From NCBI GenBank assembly GCA_024346625.1, contig AP024664.1:1488001-1552000 (forward strand): a DNA stretch of 64,000 nt, read 5' to 3'. The stretch is from Williopsis jadinii (lineage: Eukaryota). Below are positions 1-10,300 of this stretch, piece after piece (positions within the stretch are counted from its first letter, which is position 1; the number at the start of each line of letters is the position of its first letter). The notes beneath the pieces were generated by a model. It saw only the letters and a program-made list of their open reading frames with translations, searched no databases and was not told where the DNA came from. A program made the position numbers and the translations under genes.

Positions 1-1
1 A

Positions 2-268
2 AAGATTGACGTTTCTTCCGTTGATGTTTCCAAGTTTGACGTTGCTTACTTTGCCCGTGAGAAGTCTTCCAAGAAGTCCAAGTCTGAGGCTGAGTTCTTC
101 GGTGAGGGTGCTCCAAAGAAGGAGGTTAAGGCTGAGCGTATTGCTGACCAAAAGACCATTGACGCTGCTTTGCTCACACAAATCAAGAAGACTCCACTAC
201 TCCAACAATACTTGGCTGCTACTTTCAGCCTCAAGTCTGGTGACAGACCACACCTCTTGAAGTTCTAA
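2..268 (+). CDS. RPL6: 60S ribosomal protein L6 (eL6), 3' part; the 5' end is outside the window
   Basis: Not in the ORF track. Frame 2 reads [21 protein letters not shown]...[14 protein letters not shown]...[19 protein letters not shown], the eL6 C-terminus, with strong codon bias. Adjacent to FPR3/4 and HMG1 as in S. cerevisiae. Confidence 0.95.
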   Translation, partial: KIDVSSVDVSKFDVAYFAREKSSKKSKSEAEFFGEGAPKKEVKAERIADQKTIDAALLTQIKKTPLLQQYLAATFSLKSGDRPHLLKF

Positions 269-703
269 GTCTAAGAAATGCCAGGGATTTCAACACACCA
301 CTGTACACACTTGTATAATCTGTCGAGTAATGAATCAATATGGAATTATTCGTTTGTTATACGGATGAAAAGTTAAGAAAATGAGAATGTAGGTTCTGGT
401 GCTTGTAGTTTGATTATGTTAATGAATTGAACATAACAACACAAGCTGTCGGGTAATAATATGTCATCCTCTATCAATATGCTACATAATTAGGGGTCGG
501 GACACATGCCATAACCTTCAGCTTTGGAGCGTTGTCACTAGGAGGTCCAATTCATGAATTGGCACCACAAGCGATCTTAGAGAGCCACATTCTCCGAGCA
601 CACAGCGTTCTATAGTTGTTTAGCTCAAGTTTCTCTCCATATTTGGCTTTTGGGATGAGAAGGTTCTCGAAGAATCGTTGTTCCCGTGGCAACGTGATCC
701 AGA

Positions 704-765
704 GCTCATCTCCTTGCCGAATTGGGAAAATTCAAAAGAAATGTTTTTGCCATACAAAAATTTTT
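704..765. promoter_or_regulatory. PAC-like and RRPE-like ribosome-biogenesis motifs upstream of FPR3/4
   Basis: GCTCATC at 704-710 and AAAAATTTTT at 756-765, upstream of a nucleolar FKBP gene. Confidence 0.5.
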
Positions 766-863
766 CCTGGGCCATAAAAGAAAAATTGCGGTAGGCTCTC
801 TTCCAAACCTCCCTCATCACCACAGGTTTCAAGGAAATCCACCCTCTTTAATCATAGATTGAA

Positions 864-2102
864 ATGTCTTCCCTTTTGCCACTTGCTTCTTTCAACTTGG
901 CCCTCGAGCCATTTGTTCCAACCCAAGCGATTGACTCCGATTTGCCGGTTACTGTTCACTTGACTTTGGCTGCCCTGGATCCAAATGCGATTGACGATGA
1001 GGAGCAACCATCTACGTTGAGAATCTTGAAGGCTACTCCGCTGAGTAAGCTGCTCGATGAAGATGAAGACGATGAAGACGATGAGGACAATGAAGATGAG
1101 GATGAAGATGAATTGGACATCGCTGACGTTGAGGCTGAAGATGACGATGAGGATGTTGACGCAGAGGACGATGAGGATGACAACGAGGATGACGAGGATG
1201 AGGACGATGAGGATGACGAGGACGATGATGATCTCGATGACGATGATGTTGAGGAGTTTGTTGTGTGTACTTTGTCACCAAAGTCTCAATTCCAACAGAC
1301 ATTGGACTTCACCATCTCCCCTGATGAGGAAATCTTCTTCGTCGTTACTGGTTCTTATCCAATCCATTTAAGTGGTAACTACGTCGAGCACCCATACGAT
1401 GGTGAGGACTCTGACGACTTTGATTCTGACGAAGACGAGGATGATGAGGAATTCGACTCTGACGAGTACGACTTGACCCCAGACGAAGATGAGCTCGCTG
1501 AAGAGGACTTCGACGTTAACGACTTGGAGAACGAAGCGGACATTGAGGCCAAGATCCAAGAGCTCGTTGATGAGGAGGAAGCTAGAGAGGAAGCTGAGGC
1601 ACAAGAATCTAAGAAGGACAAGAAGAAATCCAAGAAGGAATCTAAGAAGCGTCAAGCTGAGGAGACCCAACCAGAACCAGAGACCAAGAAGTCAAAGAAG
1701 GAGAAGGCTGTTCAATTCAACAAGGAGCTTGAGCAAGGCCCAACCCCATCTGAGAAGAAGAAGCCAGCTGTCAAGACCCTTGCTGGTGGTGTTGTTATTG
1801 AGGACAGAACCGTTGGTACCGGCCCAGTTGCCAAGAACGGTTCTAAGGTTGGTGTCAGATACATTGGTAAGTTGAAGAACGGCAGCGTCTTTGACAAGAA
1901 CACATCTGGTAAGCCATTCCAATTCGGCCTAGGCAAGGGCGAAGTCATCAAGGGCTGGGACATTGGTGTTGCTGGTATGGCTGTGGGTGGCGAGCGTCGT
2001 ATCGTCATCCCAGCACCATACGCCTACGGTAAGAAGAAGCTTCCAGGTATCCCAGCCAACTCCGAGCTGACCTTTGACGTCAAGCTGGTCTCTCTCAAAT
2101 GA
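864..2102 (+). CDS. FPR3: Nucleolar FK506-binding peptidyl-prolyl isomerase / histone chaperone (Fpr3/Fpr4 ortholog)
   Basis: N-terminal nucleoplasmin-like domain with acidic tracts, a Lys-rich linker, and a C-terminal FKBP domain ([12 protein letters not shown]...[14 protein letters not shown]...LTFDVKLV). Confidence 0.96.
   Translation: MSSLLPLASFNLALEPFVPTQAIDSDLPVTVHLTLAALDPNAIDDEEQPSTLRILKATPLSKLLDEDEDDEDDEDNEDEDEDELDIADVEAEDDDEDVDAEDDEDDNEDDEDEDDEDDEDDDDLDDDDVEEFVVCTLSPKSQFQQTLDFTISPDEEIFFVVTGSYPIHLSGNYVEHPYDGEDSDDFDSDEDEDDEEFDSDEYDLTPDEDELAEEDFDVNDLENEADIEAKIQELVDEEEAREEAEAQESKKDKKKSKKESKKRQAEETQPEPETKKSKKEKAVQFNKELEQGPTPSEKKKPAVKTLAGGVVIEDRTVGTGPVAKNGSKVGVRYIGKLKNGSVFDKNTSGKPFQFGLGKGEVIKGWDIGVAGMAVGGERRIVIPAPYAYGKKKLPGIPANSELTFDVKLVSLK
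1057..1248 (+). repeat. Low-complexity GAY/GAR repeat encoding the Asp/Glu tract of Fpr3/4
   Basis: Imperfect GAT/GAC/GAG/GAA runs inside the CDS. Confidence 0.8.
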
Positions 2103-2923
2103 GCTGTGTTGTGTTGAAACATTCTGAGTATATACTAAAAGATAGCAAAATACGAATACTAATAAAACCGGATTGATTTTTTTTCCTTCTTCACCATCGA
2201 AATCAGTTGTTCAATTGGACAGTGTAGCACCTCAGAAGGGCAAGCAGCAGTCAGTCGAACAGCAGTCAGTGGAGCAGAGGTGACAACAGCAAGCATACCC
2301 ACATGTGTTGGACTTGATCCACTTTCGCCACGCTTTACGCCAATTATCCCATTCGGGATATTTTCGCTGTCAGGCAGTAGAGTTTCGTTTAGAGAAAAAC
2401 GCCAAACGCAAAAAAAGCCATCACGCCGAAACGTTGAACGCGAAACGACCACCACCGCGCAGAGCTGTACGAAACACAGCGAAAAAGTAGCGAAAAAAGG
2501 CCACTATACACAAAAATTGTCATCAACTGCTGCGCTCTCGAGAGAAGTTTTCATCATCAGATCAATTGCAATAACAGCACATTGTTCAATTAACCGGACA
2601 TTCCAAGAGCGTTTTTTCCTCTGAGAAATACATCGTGTGTCCTGTGGAACCTGTGTGATAAAGAAACTCGAACAAATTTCCGTGCCAGTTTCCCATTCCA
2701 CGGTCGAACTGTCTGTCTTTCATTATTTTGTTGAGCTTTTCGAGGGGAAGAAATATCACCAGCGTACCCAGTGAACGGAGAATTTGGTGTTTATCCACGC
2801 GGCCCAATCACAAACGAGTATATATTCATACGCAGTGCAGCAACCCACTTTACCAGTACACGCTTTGTTGAGAGAGTGGACTAGTGACGATACCGCAAAA
2901 TAAGGCAAAAAGAAGGAACCGCT

Positions 2924-5908
2924 ATGAACAGTGCACAACCATTCAAGCCATTGGCCTCGCTGTTGGCGTTTGTTGGGAGGATCTCAGCGCGTCATCCGAT
3001 CCACACGCTCATCGTGTCATCAGTGCTTGCCGCCGTGGCGTACCTGGCGGTGGTGCAACAGTATATGAGCAACGGGTTCTCCTACGATGAACCGGCAGCG
3101 GTTATGTTCTACCACGGTGCAAGCGCAAACCAACATTGGATTGCAGTTGACGACTTGAGCAAAGTCCCAGTGGATGTGGACCACTACAACGTTGTCCCAT
3201 TCCAGTTCCGCAGAGCTGGCGAGTACAAGGAGCCGGTGTTATCAGGAATCGTTGAGTTGGATGAGGTGAAGTTTGTTGTTTCTCAGTCTGATGCCGCTGA
3301 GCAATGGCAACAGTTGACCGCTGAGGACGGCACTGTGTGGCGTTCAAGAGCGTATCACGGCAAACTGGGTAAGTACTCTGACATGGCTGTTGGTGCTTTC
3401 AATAAGGTGTTGAACTTGGTCAGAGGGGCCGAAACCTTTGACATTGCCCTGGTGACTTGTGCGTACATTGCCATGTTCTATACACTGTTTAACCTCTTTG
3501 CTAGAATGAGGGCAGTCGGCTCTAAGGTTTGGCTAGGATTGTCAACTCTTGTGTCCTCGTTCTTTGCCTTCTTGTTTGCACTGTACATCACCACGAGGGT
3601 GTTGGATCTTTCAATTCCCTTCCTCTCTTTGTCTGAAGGCATTCCGTTCTTTGTCGCAGTGGTTGGTTTCAACAACAAGATTTTGTTGGCAGAGAAGGTT
3701 TTGCAAAATCAACTCAACGCTCAATCATCGAAGAACGATGCTCCAACCGTTCTGTATCAGGCATTAAGGGAACAAGGCCCATTGCTCTTGCGTGATCACT
3801 TGTTTATGATTACTGCATTCTTGGGATGCTCCTTTTACGCGTCGTACTTGGATGGACTGAAGAATTTCTGTATATTGGCAGCTCTCATCCTAGCATTCGA
3901 TATACTCACCACCTCTACCTTCCTATCTGCAATCTTATCACTCAAGCTGGAAATTAACCAAATACACAGATCAACGTTGCTGAGAGAACAACTCGAAGAT
4001 GACGGCTTAACTGAAACCACAGTTGATGATGTTCTCAAATCCAATAGTCTCGCTGGAACTAAGACTTTCACAGATGCCCCATCTACTCTGGTTACAGTTG
4101 CCAAGGTTGCTGGTGTTTCAGTCTTCTTTGGATTGCACTTTTATGGATTTGGATCTGCTTGGCTATCCGATTTGAGCGCTGGTAATGAGACAAATGACAC
4201 TTTCACCTTATACGATGCGGTCGCAGATCAAATTCCTATTGGTTCAAACGGTACCTTGGTTACTTTATTCCCAACACGTTTTTTCCTCCCTGAAAAACTA
4301 TCCACACAAATTGAAGCCGTGGTTCTATCATTCATTGGTCTTATTTCAACTGCTGCCCGTGATAAATACATCTCAAAATTCATTCTCTTTGCATTTGCCG
4401 TTTCTGCATCCATCAACGTCTACCTTTTGAACGTTGCCCGTATCCATACCACAAGATTGGAGGATGCAATCGAATTGAAAAAGCCAAAGAAGAAAGCTTC
4501 GAAGACAGCTGTCAGTGTTCCTAAAGCTGTTGTGGTTAAAGATTCAGAAACTACAAAATCCTCGGAAATCTTGCACTCATCTTCTGAGAGTGAATCTGAG
4601 CAATCTTCACGTCCACTTGAACAAGTTATTGAGTTATACAAGGATGGTAAAGTTAAGACCCTTGTTGACGATGAAGTTGTATCCCTTGTTACTGCTGGTA
4701 AGTTACCACTGTATGCTCTAGAGAAACAATTGGGTGATAACTTGAGAGCCGTTGCTATTCGTCGGAAAGCCATCTCTGATCTTGCAGATGCTCCAGTCTT
4801 GAGAAGCAATAAATTACCATACTTGCACTATGATTACGATCGTGTATTTGGTGCATGTTGTGAAAATGTTATCGGTTACATGCCATTACCAGTCGGTGTC
4901 GCTGGTCCATTGATTATTGATGGCAAGCCGTACCATATTCCAATGGCAACCACAGAGGGTTGTCTTGTTGCTTCTGCTATGCGTGGTTGTAAAGCCATTA
5001 ATCTTGGTGGCGGTGTAACAACGGTTTTGACTAAAGATGGTATGACGCGTGGACCATGTGTTAAATTCCCAAGTTTGAAACGAGCAGGTCAATGTAAGCT
5101 ATGGTTGGACTCCGATGAGGGCCAAGAAGAAATGAAGAAAGCCTTCAACTCTACTTCCAGATTTGCCAGACTCCAACATTTGCAAACTGCTCTTGCGGGT
5201 GACTTGTTGTTCATTCGTTTCAGAACCGTCACTGGTGATGCTATGGGTATGAATATGATTTCCAAAGGTGTTGAATATGCTCTTAAACAAATGACGGAGG
5301 TGTTTGGATGGGACGATATGATGGTTGTTTCTGTTTCTGGTAACTACTGTACCGATAAAAAACCAGCTGCTGTTAACTGGATCAATGGTCGTGGTAAAAG
5401 TGTTGTTGCCGAGGCTATCATACCAAAGGATGCTGTGGTTAAAGTTTTGAAAAGTTCTGTTAAAGCTGTTGTTGATGTTAATGTCAACAAGAACTTGATC
5501 GGATCAGCTATGGCTGGTAGTGTTGGTGGTTTCAATGCCCAAGCTGCTAATATGGTTACCGCAGTTTATTTGGCTTTGGGTCAAGATCCAGCCCAAAACG
5601 TTGAATCTTCCAACTGTATTACACTAATGACTGAAACGGAGGACGGAGATTTGAAAGTTTCTGTTTCCATGCCATCTATTGAAGTCGGAACCATTGGTGG
5701 TGGTACCATCTTGGACCCACAGGGATCCATGCTTGAACTTCTCGGAGTACGTGGACCAGCTGATGTTCCAGGAGAAAATGCCCGTCAACTGGCTAAAATC
5801 GTTGCATCTATTGTTCTTTCTGGTGAATTATCGCTAGTTAGTGCACTTGCTGCTGGTCATTTGGTGCAGAGTCATATGCAGCACAACAGAGCCGCTGCTA
5901 AGAAATAA
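2924..5908 (+). CDS. HMG1: HMG-CoA reductase, class I, membrane-anchored
   Basis: N-terminal HPIH motif, sterol-sensing transmembrane region, and catalytic motifs ENVIG, PMATTEGCLVAS, DAMGMN, GNYCTDKK, GHLVQSHM. Confidence 0.99.
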   Translation: MNSAQPFKPLASLLAFVGRISARHPIHTLIVSSVLAAVAYLAVVQQYMSNGFSYDEPAAVMFYHGASANQHWIAVDDLSKVPVDVDHYNVVPFQFRRAGEYKEPVLSGIVELDEVKFVVSQSDAAEQWQQLTAEDGTVWRSRAYHGKLGKYSDMAVGAFNKVLNLVRGAETFDIALVTCAYIAMFYTLFNLFARMRAVGSKVWLGLSTLVSSFFAFLFALYITTRVLDLSIPFLSLSEGIPFFVAVVGFNNKILLAEKVLQNQLNAQSSKNDAPTVLYQALREQGPLLLRDHLFMITAFLGCSFYASYLDGLKNFCILAALILAFDILTTSTFLSAILSLKLEINQIHRSTLLREQLEDDGLTETTVDDVLKSNSLAGTKTFTDAPSTLVTVAKVAGVSVFFGLHFYGFGSAWLSDLSAGNETNDTFTLYDAVADQIPIGSNGTLVTLFPTRFFLPEKLSTQIEAVVLSFIGLISTAARDKYISKFILFAFAVSASINVYLLNVARIHTTRLEDAIELKKPKKKASKTAVSVPKAVVVKDSETTKSSEILHSSSESESEQSSRPLEQVIELYKDGKVKTLVDDEVVSLVTAGKLPLYALEKQLGDNLRAVAIRRKAISDLADAPVLRSNKLPYLHYDYDRVFGACCENVIGYMPLPVGVAGPLIIDGKPYHIPMATTEGCLVASAMRGCKAINLGGGVTTVLTKDGMTRGPCVKFPSLKRAGQCKLWLDSDEGQEEMKKAFNSTSRFARLQHLQTALAGDLLFIRFRTVTGDAMGMNMISKGVEYALKQMTEVFGWDDMMVVSVSGNYCTDKKPAAVNWINGRGKSVVAEAIIPKDAVVKVLKSSVKAVVDVNVNKNLIGSAMAGSVGGFNAQAANMVTAVYLALGQDPAQNVESSNCITLMTETEDGDLKVSVSMPSIEVGTIGGGTILDPQGSMLELLGVRGPADVPGENARQLAKIVASIVLSGELSLVSALAAGHLVQSHMQHNRAAAKK

Positions 5909-6441
5909 GCATATGACTCACCACCTTGTTTTATATCATGATGCTTGCTATGCATTTCTTATGAACTTGTTTCGACCACCCTTCCTTGGCATCCAGTTCT
6001 CTCTTCATCATATTGCATTGTGGTTGTAAATACTAAAACTCAACAATGTCTACTCTAATTATAAAAGTTATTTTGGGAACAATCACCATGTTGTACAAGA
6101 TGTAAAATTATGAACTATTCGTGTATTGAACAACCTTTTCAATTTCTTACAACGTCAAGTATTATATAAAAACACAAACTGGTTAAGAGTACTGATGAAC
6201 GATCATCACACATGAGTGATGTTGTGAGTGGAATGTATTGTATAATTTGTCAGAGAACAAGTGACACCCTCCAGAAAAGATAGTTTAAGACACTATTAAA
6301 TGCCTTAGCTTCACAAGCATTGAAAGCTGGTCCCCCGTATTGAGGTGCATAACAATGGTAGGGGGAGGAGACAGATTTCAATGATATGAAGCATGAATGC
6401 CGTTGACAGCGGAGTCATGAATGGGACCTCGTCGAACAGAA

Positions 6442-7380
6442 TCAGTTAGTACTTAGCTTTTCTAACTCATTCTTGTTCAAAGTATGGTCATGTCGACCAT
6501 ACCCGTTGTATCCTCTTTGTTGATGGAACACTGGGAGCTCTGTCTTATCTCCAAGACCTAAAGTATCCAATACTTTAGACTTGTCCATGGAATTAGATGT
6601 CTTTTGTAGCTTGTAAAGTTCTCTAATTTGTTTGAACTCCTCTGGCTTTCTCTTCGGACCATGCTTCTTGAATGTGATATGTGCGTTGAGATGGTTTAGA
6701 GTCCCATAGGAGTTTTTACATGTACCATAGTTGCAAGCGTAGAGACGAACCATCTCTTGAGCTTTACGACGAGGTCTTTTCCGTTTTGGGACCAAATGGT
6801 CTAAAGTATGAGCATGTAACACCTGGAGCGGTTGATGCGCTAGTTGATGATGTTGCAAAACAGTGACATTAGGTTGCGGAACGTGTTGTGGCGGAGAAAC
6901 CTGTTGAATGTGAGGAATCTGAACAACATTCATATGCAGAGGTTGAGGTTGAGGCTGTGGTTGAAGTGGCATCTGTACTGCCATCATATGCTGCTGCTGT
7001 TGGGGTGGTCCAGGAAGTGCCATGTTTAAGCCCATAGAAGGTAGCTGCACTGTGCTTCCTAGCTGTGGCAGTGATTGTTGGCGCGGCGTGTGCTGTGGAG
7101 TTGGCTGTTGTGGGTGTTGAACTTGCTGTAGCAACGCCATGGGTGGTGGTATCAAATGTACTGGCGCCTCATGAGGTGTGTGCGCACCTCTACCGCTTAT
7201 TGGAAGCACCGGTAGAGTATGGGAAGCAACTTGAACATGTGAGTGCTCAGGTTGTTGTCGTAGGACATTTTGAACATTGTTGCCGACATCTGGAGAATGG
7301 GATGTCAAAGGATCTGGTAGACCGACATCCAGCTCTCTAAAGGATGGCAATTTGACCTTTGTAGTACCGTTGGAACTCAT
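6442..7380 (-). CDS. Single-C2H2 zinc-finger transcription factor, Con7-like, with a Q/P-rich region
   Basis: KRKRPRRK...RLYACNYGTCKNSYGTLNHLNAHITFKKHGPKRKPEEFKQIR resembles the fungal Con7-type finger (YGTLNHLNAH...H..KR.PEEFK.IR). Confidence 0.85.
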   Translation of the reverse strand: MSSNGTTKVKLPSFRELDVGLPDPLTSHSPDVGNNVQNVLRQQPEHSHVQVASHTLPVLPISGRGAHTPHEAPVHLIPPPMALLQQVQHPQQPTPQHTPRQQSLPQLGSTVQLPSMGLNMALPGPPQQQQHMMAVQMPLQPQPQPQPLHMNVVQIPHIQQVSPPQHVPQPNVTVLQHHQLAHQPLQVLHAHTLDHLVPKRKRPRRKAQEMVRLYACNYGTCKNSYGTLNHLNAHITFKKHGPKRKPEEFKQIRELYKLQKTSNSMDKSKVLDTLGLGDKTELPVFHQQRGYNGYGRHDHTLNKNELEKLSTN

Positions 7381-10300
7381 CGTATGCTATACGTGGGCAG
7401 CCGGTGGAGAGAAATGTAAGAGAACAGTAACAAGAAGAAGAACGAAACGAACCAAGCAGAGACTCAACTATAGACTCAAGTAGCCTTCGGACAATATGCA
7501 CTTTATCCCCTTGTCCCTTAATGTAAAGCTGGCGTTAGTGTGGTACTCTTCTGGTAGTAAAGGAAAACCAGTAAGACGTCTATCTTCACTATAGCAGGTG
7601 GTAATAACGTCAGCTCTTAGTATAGCAAGATAGTGTGTTGAACCCAGCAAGATGTGAAACAAGAGATTCCAAAAGATTAGAAAGAATGCGAATATGGAGA
7701 TAATTATATGAACGGCACGTTAAAATTAGCGTGCATTGAATTTTTTTTCTTCTTTTGTCCTAATGTCTTCCTTATGGTGGTGATCTTGCTGGTCTTCCTT
7801 TTCTGTTCTATGACGTTGAATGCACGGTGACCTCACATACATCAAACACTAAAAAGGGAGCCTTGGATTTTGACCGCATTTTTGGGGATATTTGGGACTG
7901 ATCGCTACACATGAAAAAATTGGTTGACGTACGTATTACCGCATAGAGGCGTTTCCGTAGGGACAGCGATGGCTCACTAATTTCAGCACACGTCGTGTGT
8001 GTGCTGCTGCTGCTAAATTACACCAGGAAGCAGTTACAAGACATACCAGAACTCAGGACACGGTGTTATGAGGTTGCAACTTGTAACAATTAACTTCTGA
8101 GGCACGAAACTTATTTTAAACAACCGGCTCACGATCTAATGGCGTGCCCACGGACCCAAACACTACATTCAGCCTCTGAGGTGGCGACGCAAAGCCACGC
8201 AGCTTGCAATGAGCACAATATGTGACTTGTGTATATTTTCTTCCATTAGTACCATGTAGGTGTATATTAGTACCACGGTCGACAATGTGTAGCAGCATCT
8301 CTTGTCTCTTACCTGCCTAGAGCACTTCCCATGCTACGTTCAGCTATTAAATTTGGTTGCAGTTCCGCAGATACCTTAAGGGCGTTGCCTCACTCGGACT
8401 TTCAGGGCTTACGAGAACTACCCGGTGGGTGTGTAATATGGGGTTAAAATAGTCGAGAATGGGTTGAAGCCCCTCACCAGTGATTCAGTGAGAGAACACA
8501 TGCTTGCGTTTTGGGTGCTATATGTATATGTATCACGCTAGTTATTTGGTTGCTACATAGGTGTATCTGTACTGGTATTACCAATTCAACGCCATCCAAT
8601 GTTATAGCGCTGCCGGGAGTAAAAGTGAGAAGGTTAACCCTTACAGATTCGCAAGTTGTTTAATAAAGAAAATGACCGCGATCACTCCCGAATCTAAAAA
8701 GGCAGTACTAATGACTGGCAAGTCTATACACACCAGCCTGAGATATCCTGTTTATAGAACTTTAATACAACTCACTACTTATGGCAATATTTGTCGGTCG
8801 ATGCATGTGCTTGCCTCGGAATCAAGACTTAACAAACAGGTCATTTAACCGCGGATGTACAATCGTTTACTCGTCCAAGACTCAGATATGTTGAAGGAAT
8901 CACAACCACTTCCACCGTCCGAATCCCCGCTGTCTCCCTTTCGCCCCATGATGCTAAACACCAGCTCTCACTATGATGTAAAGCTGTGATTCAATTCTTG
9001 ACCGCACTCAGCAGTGAAAGTACATAGGACTTGGAATCTTAAAACCAGCCGGTACTGATACATCTTCCTATTTTGTAACAGGCGGCAGAAGTTTACACAG
9101 TGTGCTTTGTCGAAGAAATGGATGCATGCGTATGTACGTGCCTGAAATTGGTATCCGCACGAAGTTGTGTTCAAGACATTCCTAAGATCTACTACACACA
9201 GTACATAGTACTGAGTAATTACGACGTCATCTAGCACACAAGTACGTTAGGCAATACATAGGTGATGGGGGACCATTTGCAAGCTGATTGCGGATTCTAG
9301 TAGCGTCTGTAAAACACAACCACTGTATGGGGGTTTGAATCCTTGAATAAAGCCTGGTTTCAACAACTTTAGGAGAGGCTTGAATCATGAGGTTGCAACG
9401 TTACAAGTTGAAATTGCTATTGCATCCCCCAGGGCGAAGCCTGGGACAAGTTGTGCCAACCTAAATGTATGTACCAATTAAAATACGATATGTATGAATA
9501 CATGTAACACCCACCAAATGATTTTCAGACAGTGGAGTGGCAACAGAAATGAACAAGTTTCCATCACCGCCTTGCCAGGTTTATTGAAAGGCAGAATATT
9601 GAAAGTGGCTACAGAAAGTTGAGCACATGTACTGTTACCGCAGTCCACCCCTGTGTTCTGTACTTCACAACATGGTCCGCAAACCCTAAATTTCAAGATT
9701 GGAGCTAAATTCCACTTGTTGAATCTGAATTGAGCCGCGGGTAACCCCGGCGTCCCGAGATGTGTTCGTAAAAAAAACTGAACAAGTAAACAACCCAAAT
9801 TCTAATTTCGGCGGTAGATCCCTAAGCTCTTGTTAAAGAAGTTCAACCCGAGTAAAGGGTTAAAAATTTTTAACACCGGCCTGTGACCAAAGTTGTACAG
9901 TGTGATAAGGGTCTTGGCAAGAGAGCACATTGCCCATGTGATAACAAGCGGAATCTACAGATTTCCAACATACGGATTGATTCCCATAGGAGTGCACTGG
10001 CATCGGTAGAACTTTTAGGGACGACATTTCTCAAGATACACTAAAATTTAAGCTGCACAGTGTACAACACCTTGCTCCACTATAGACCGGCTCAAAAGAT
10101 ACAGAGTAATGCGCGCATTAACCCAGGAGGCCCACAGGCCATTTGCGATATGCTCAGCCAGCTCTATGTATGTCGATTGATCCAATCAAGAGCTAGATAC
10201 ACTGGAGCTGCCTTCGTGATTCATGATTTCAAGATCGTGGCAATCCCTTAGGGATATATACAGCAGTGTTGTGCATGTGAAATGTGCAACGTATGCAGTA

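Noticed and set aside
6..260. 84-aa ORF in the track
   Set aside because: Wrong frame; frame 2 encodes the Rpl6 C-terminus.
956..2008. Several Ser-, His- or Met-rich ORFs overlapping FPR3/4
   Set aside because: Shadow frames of the acidic repeat and codon bias.
9325..9350. GGTTTGAATCC, a tRNA B-box-like string
   Set aside because: No cloverleaf or A-box could be built around it.
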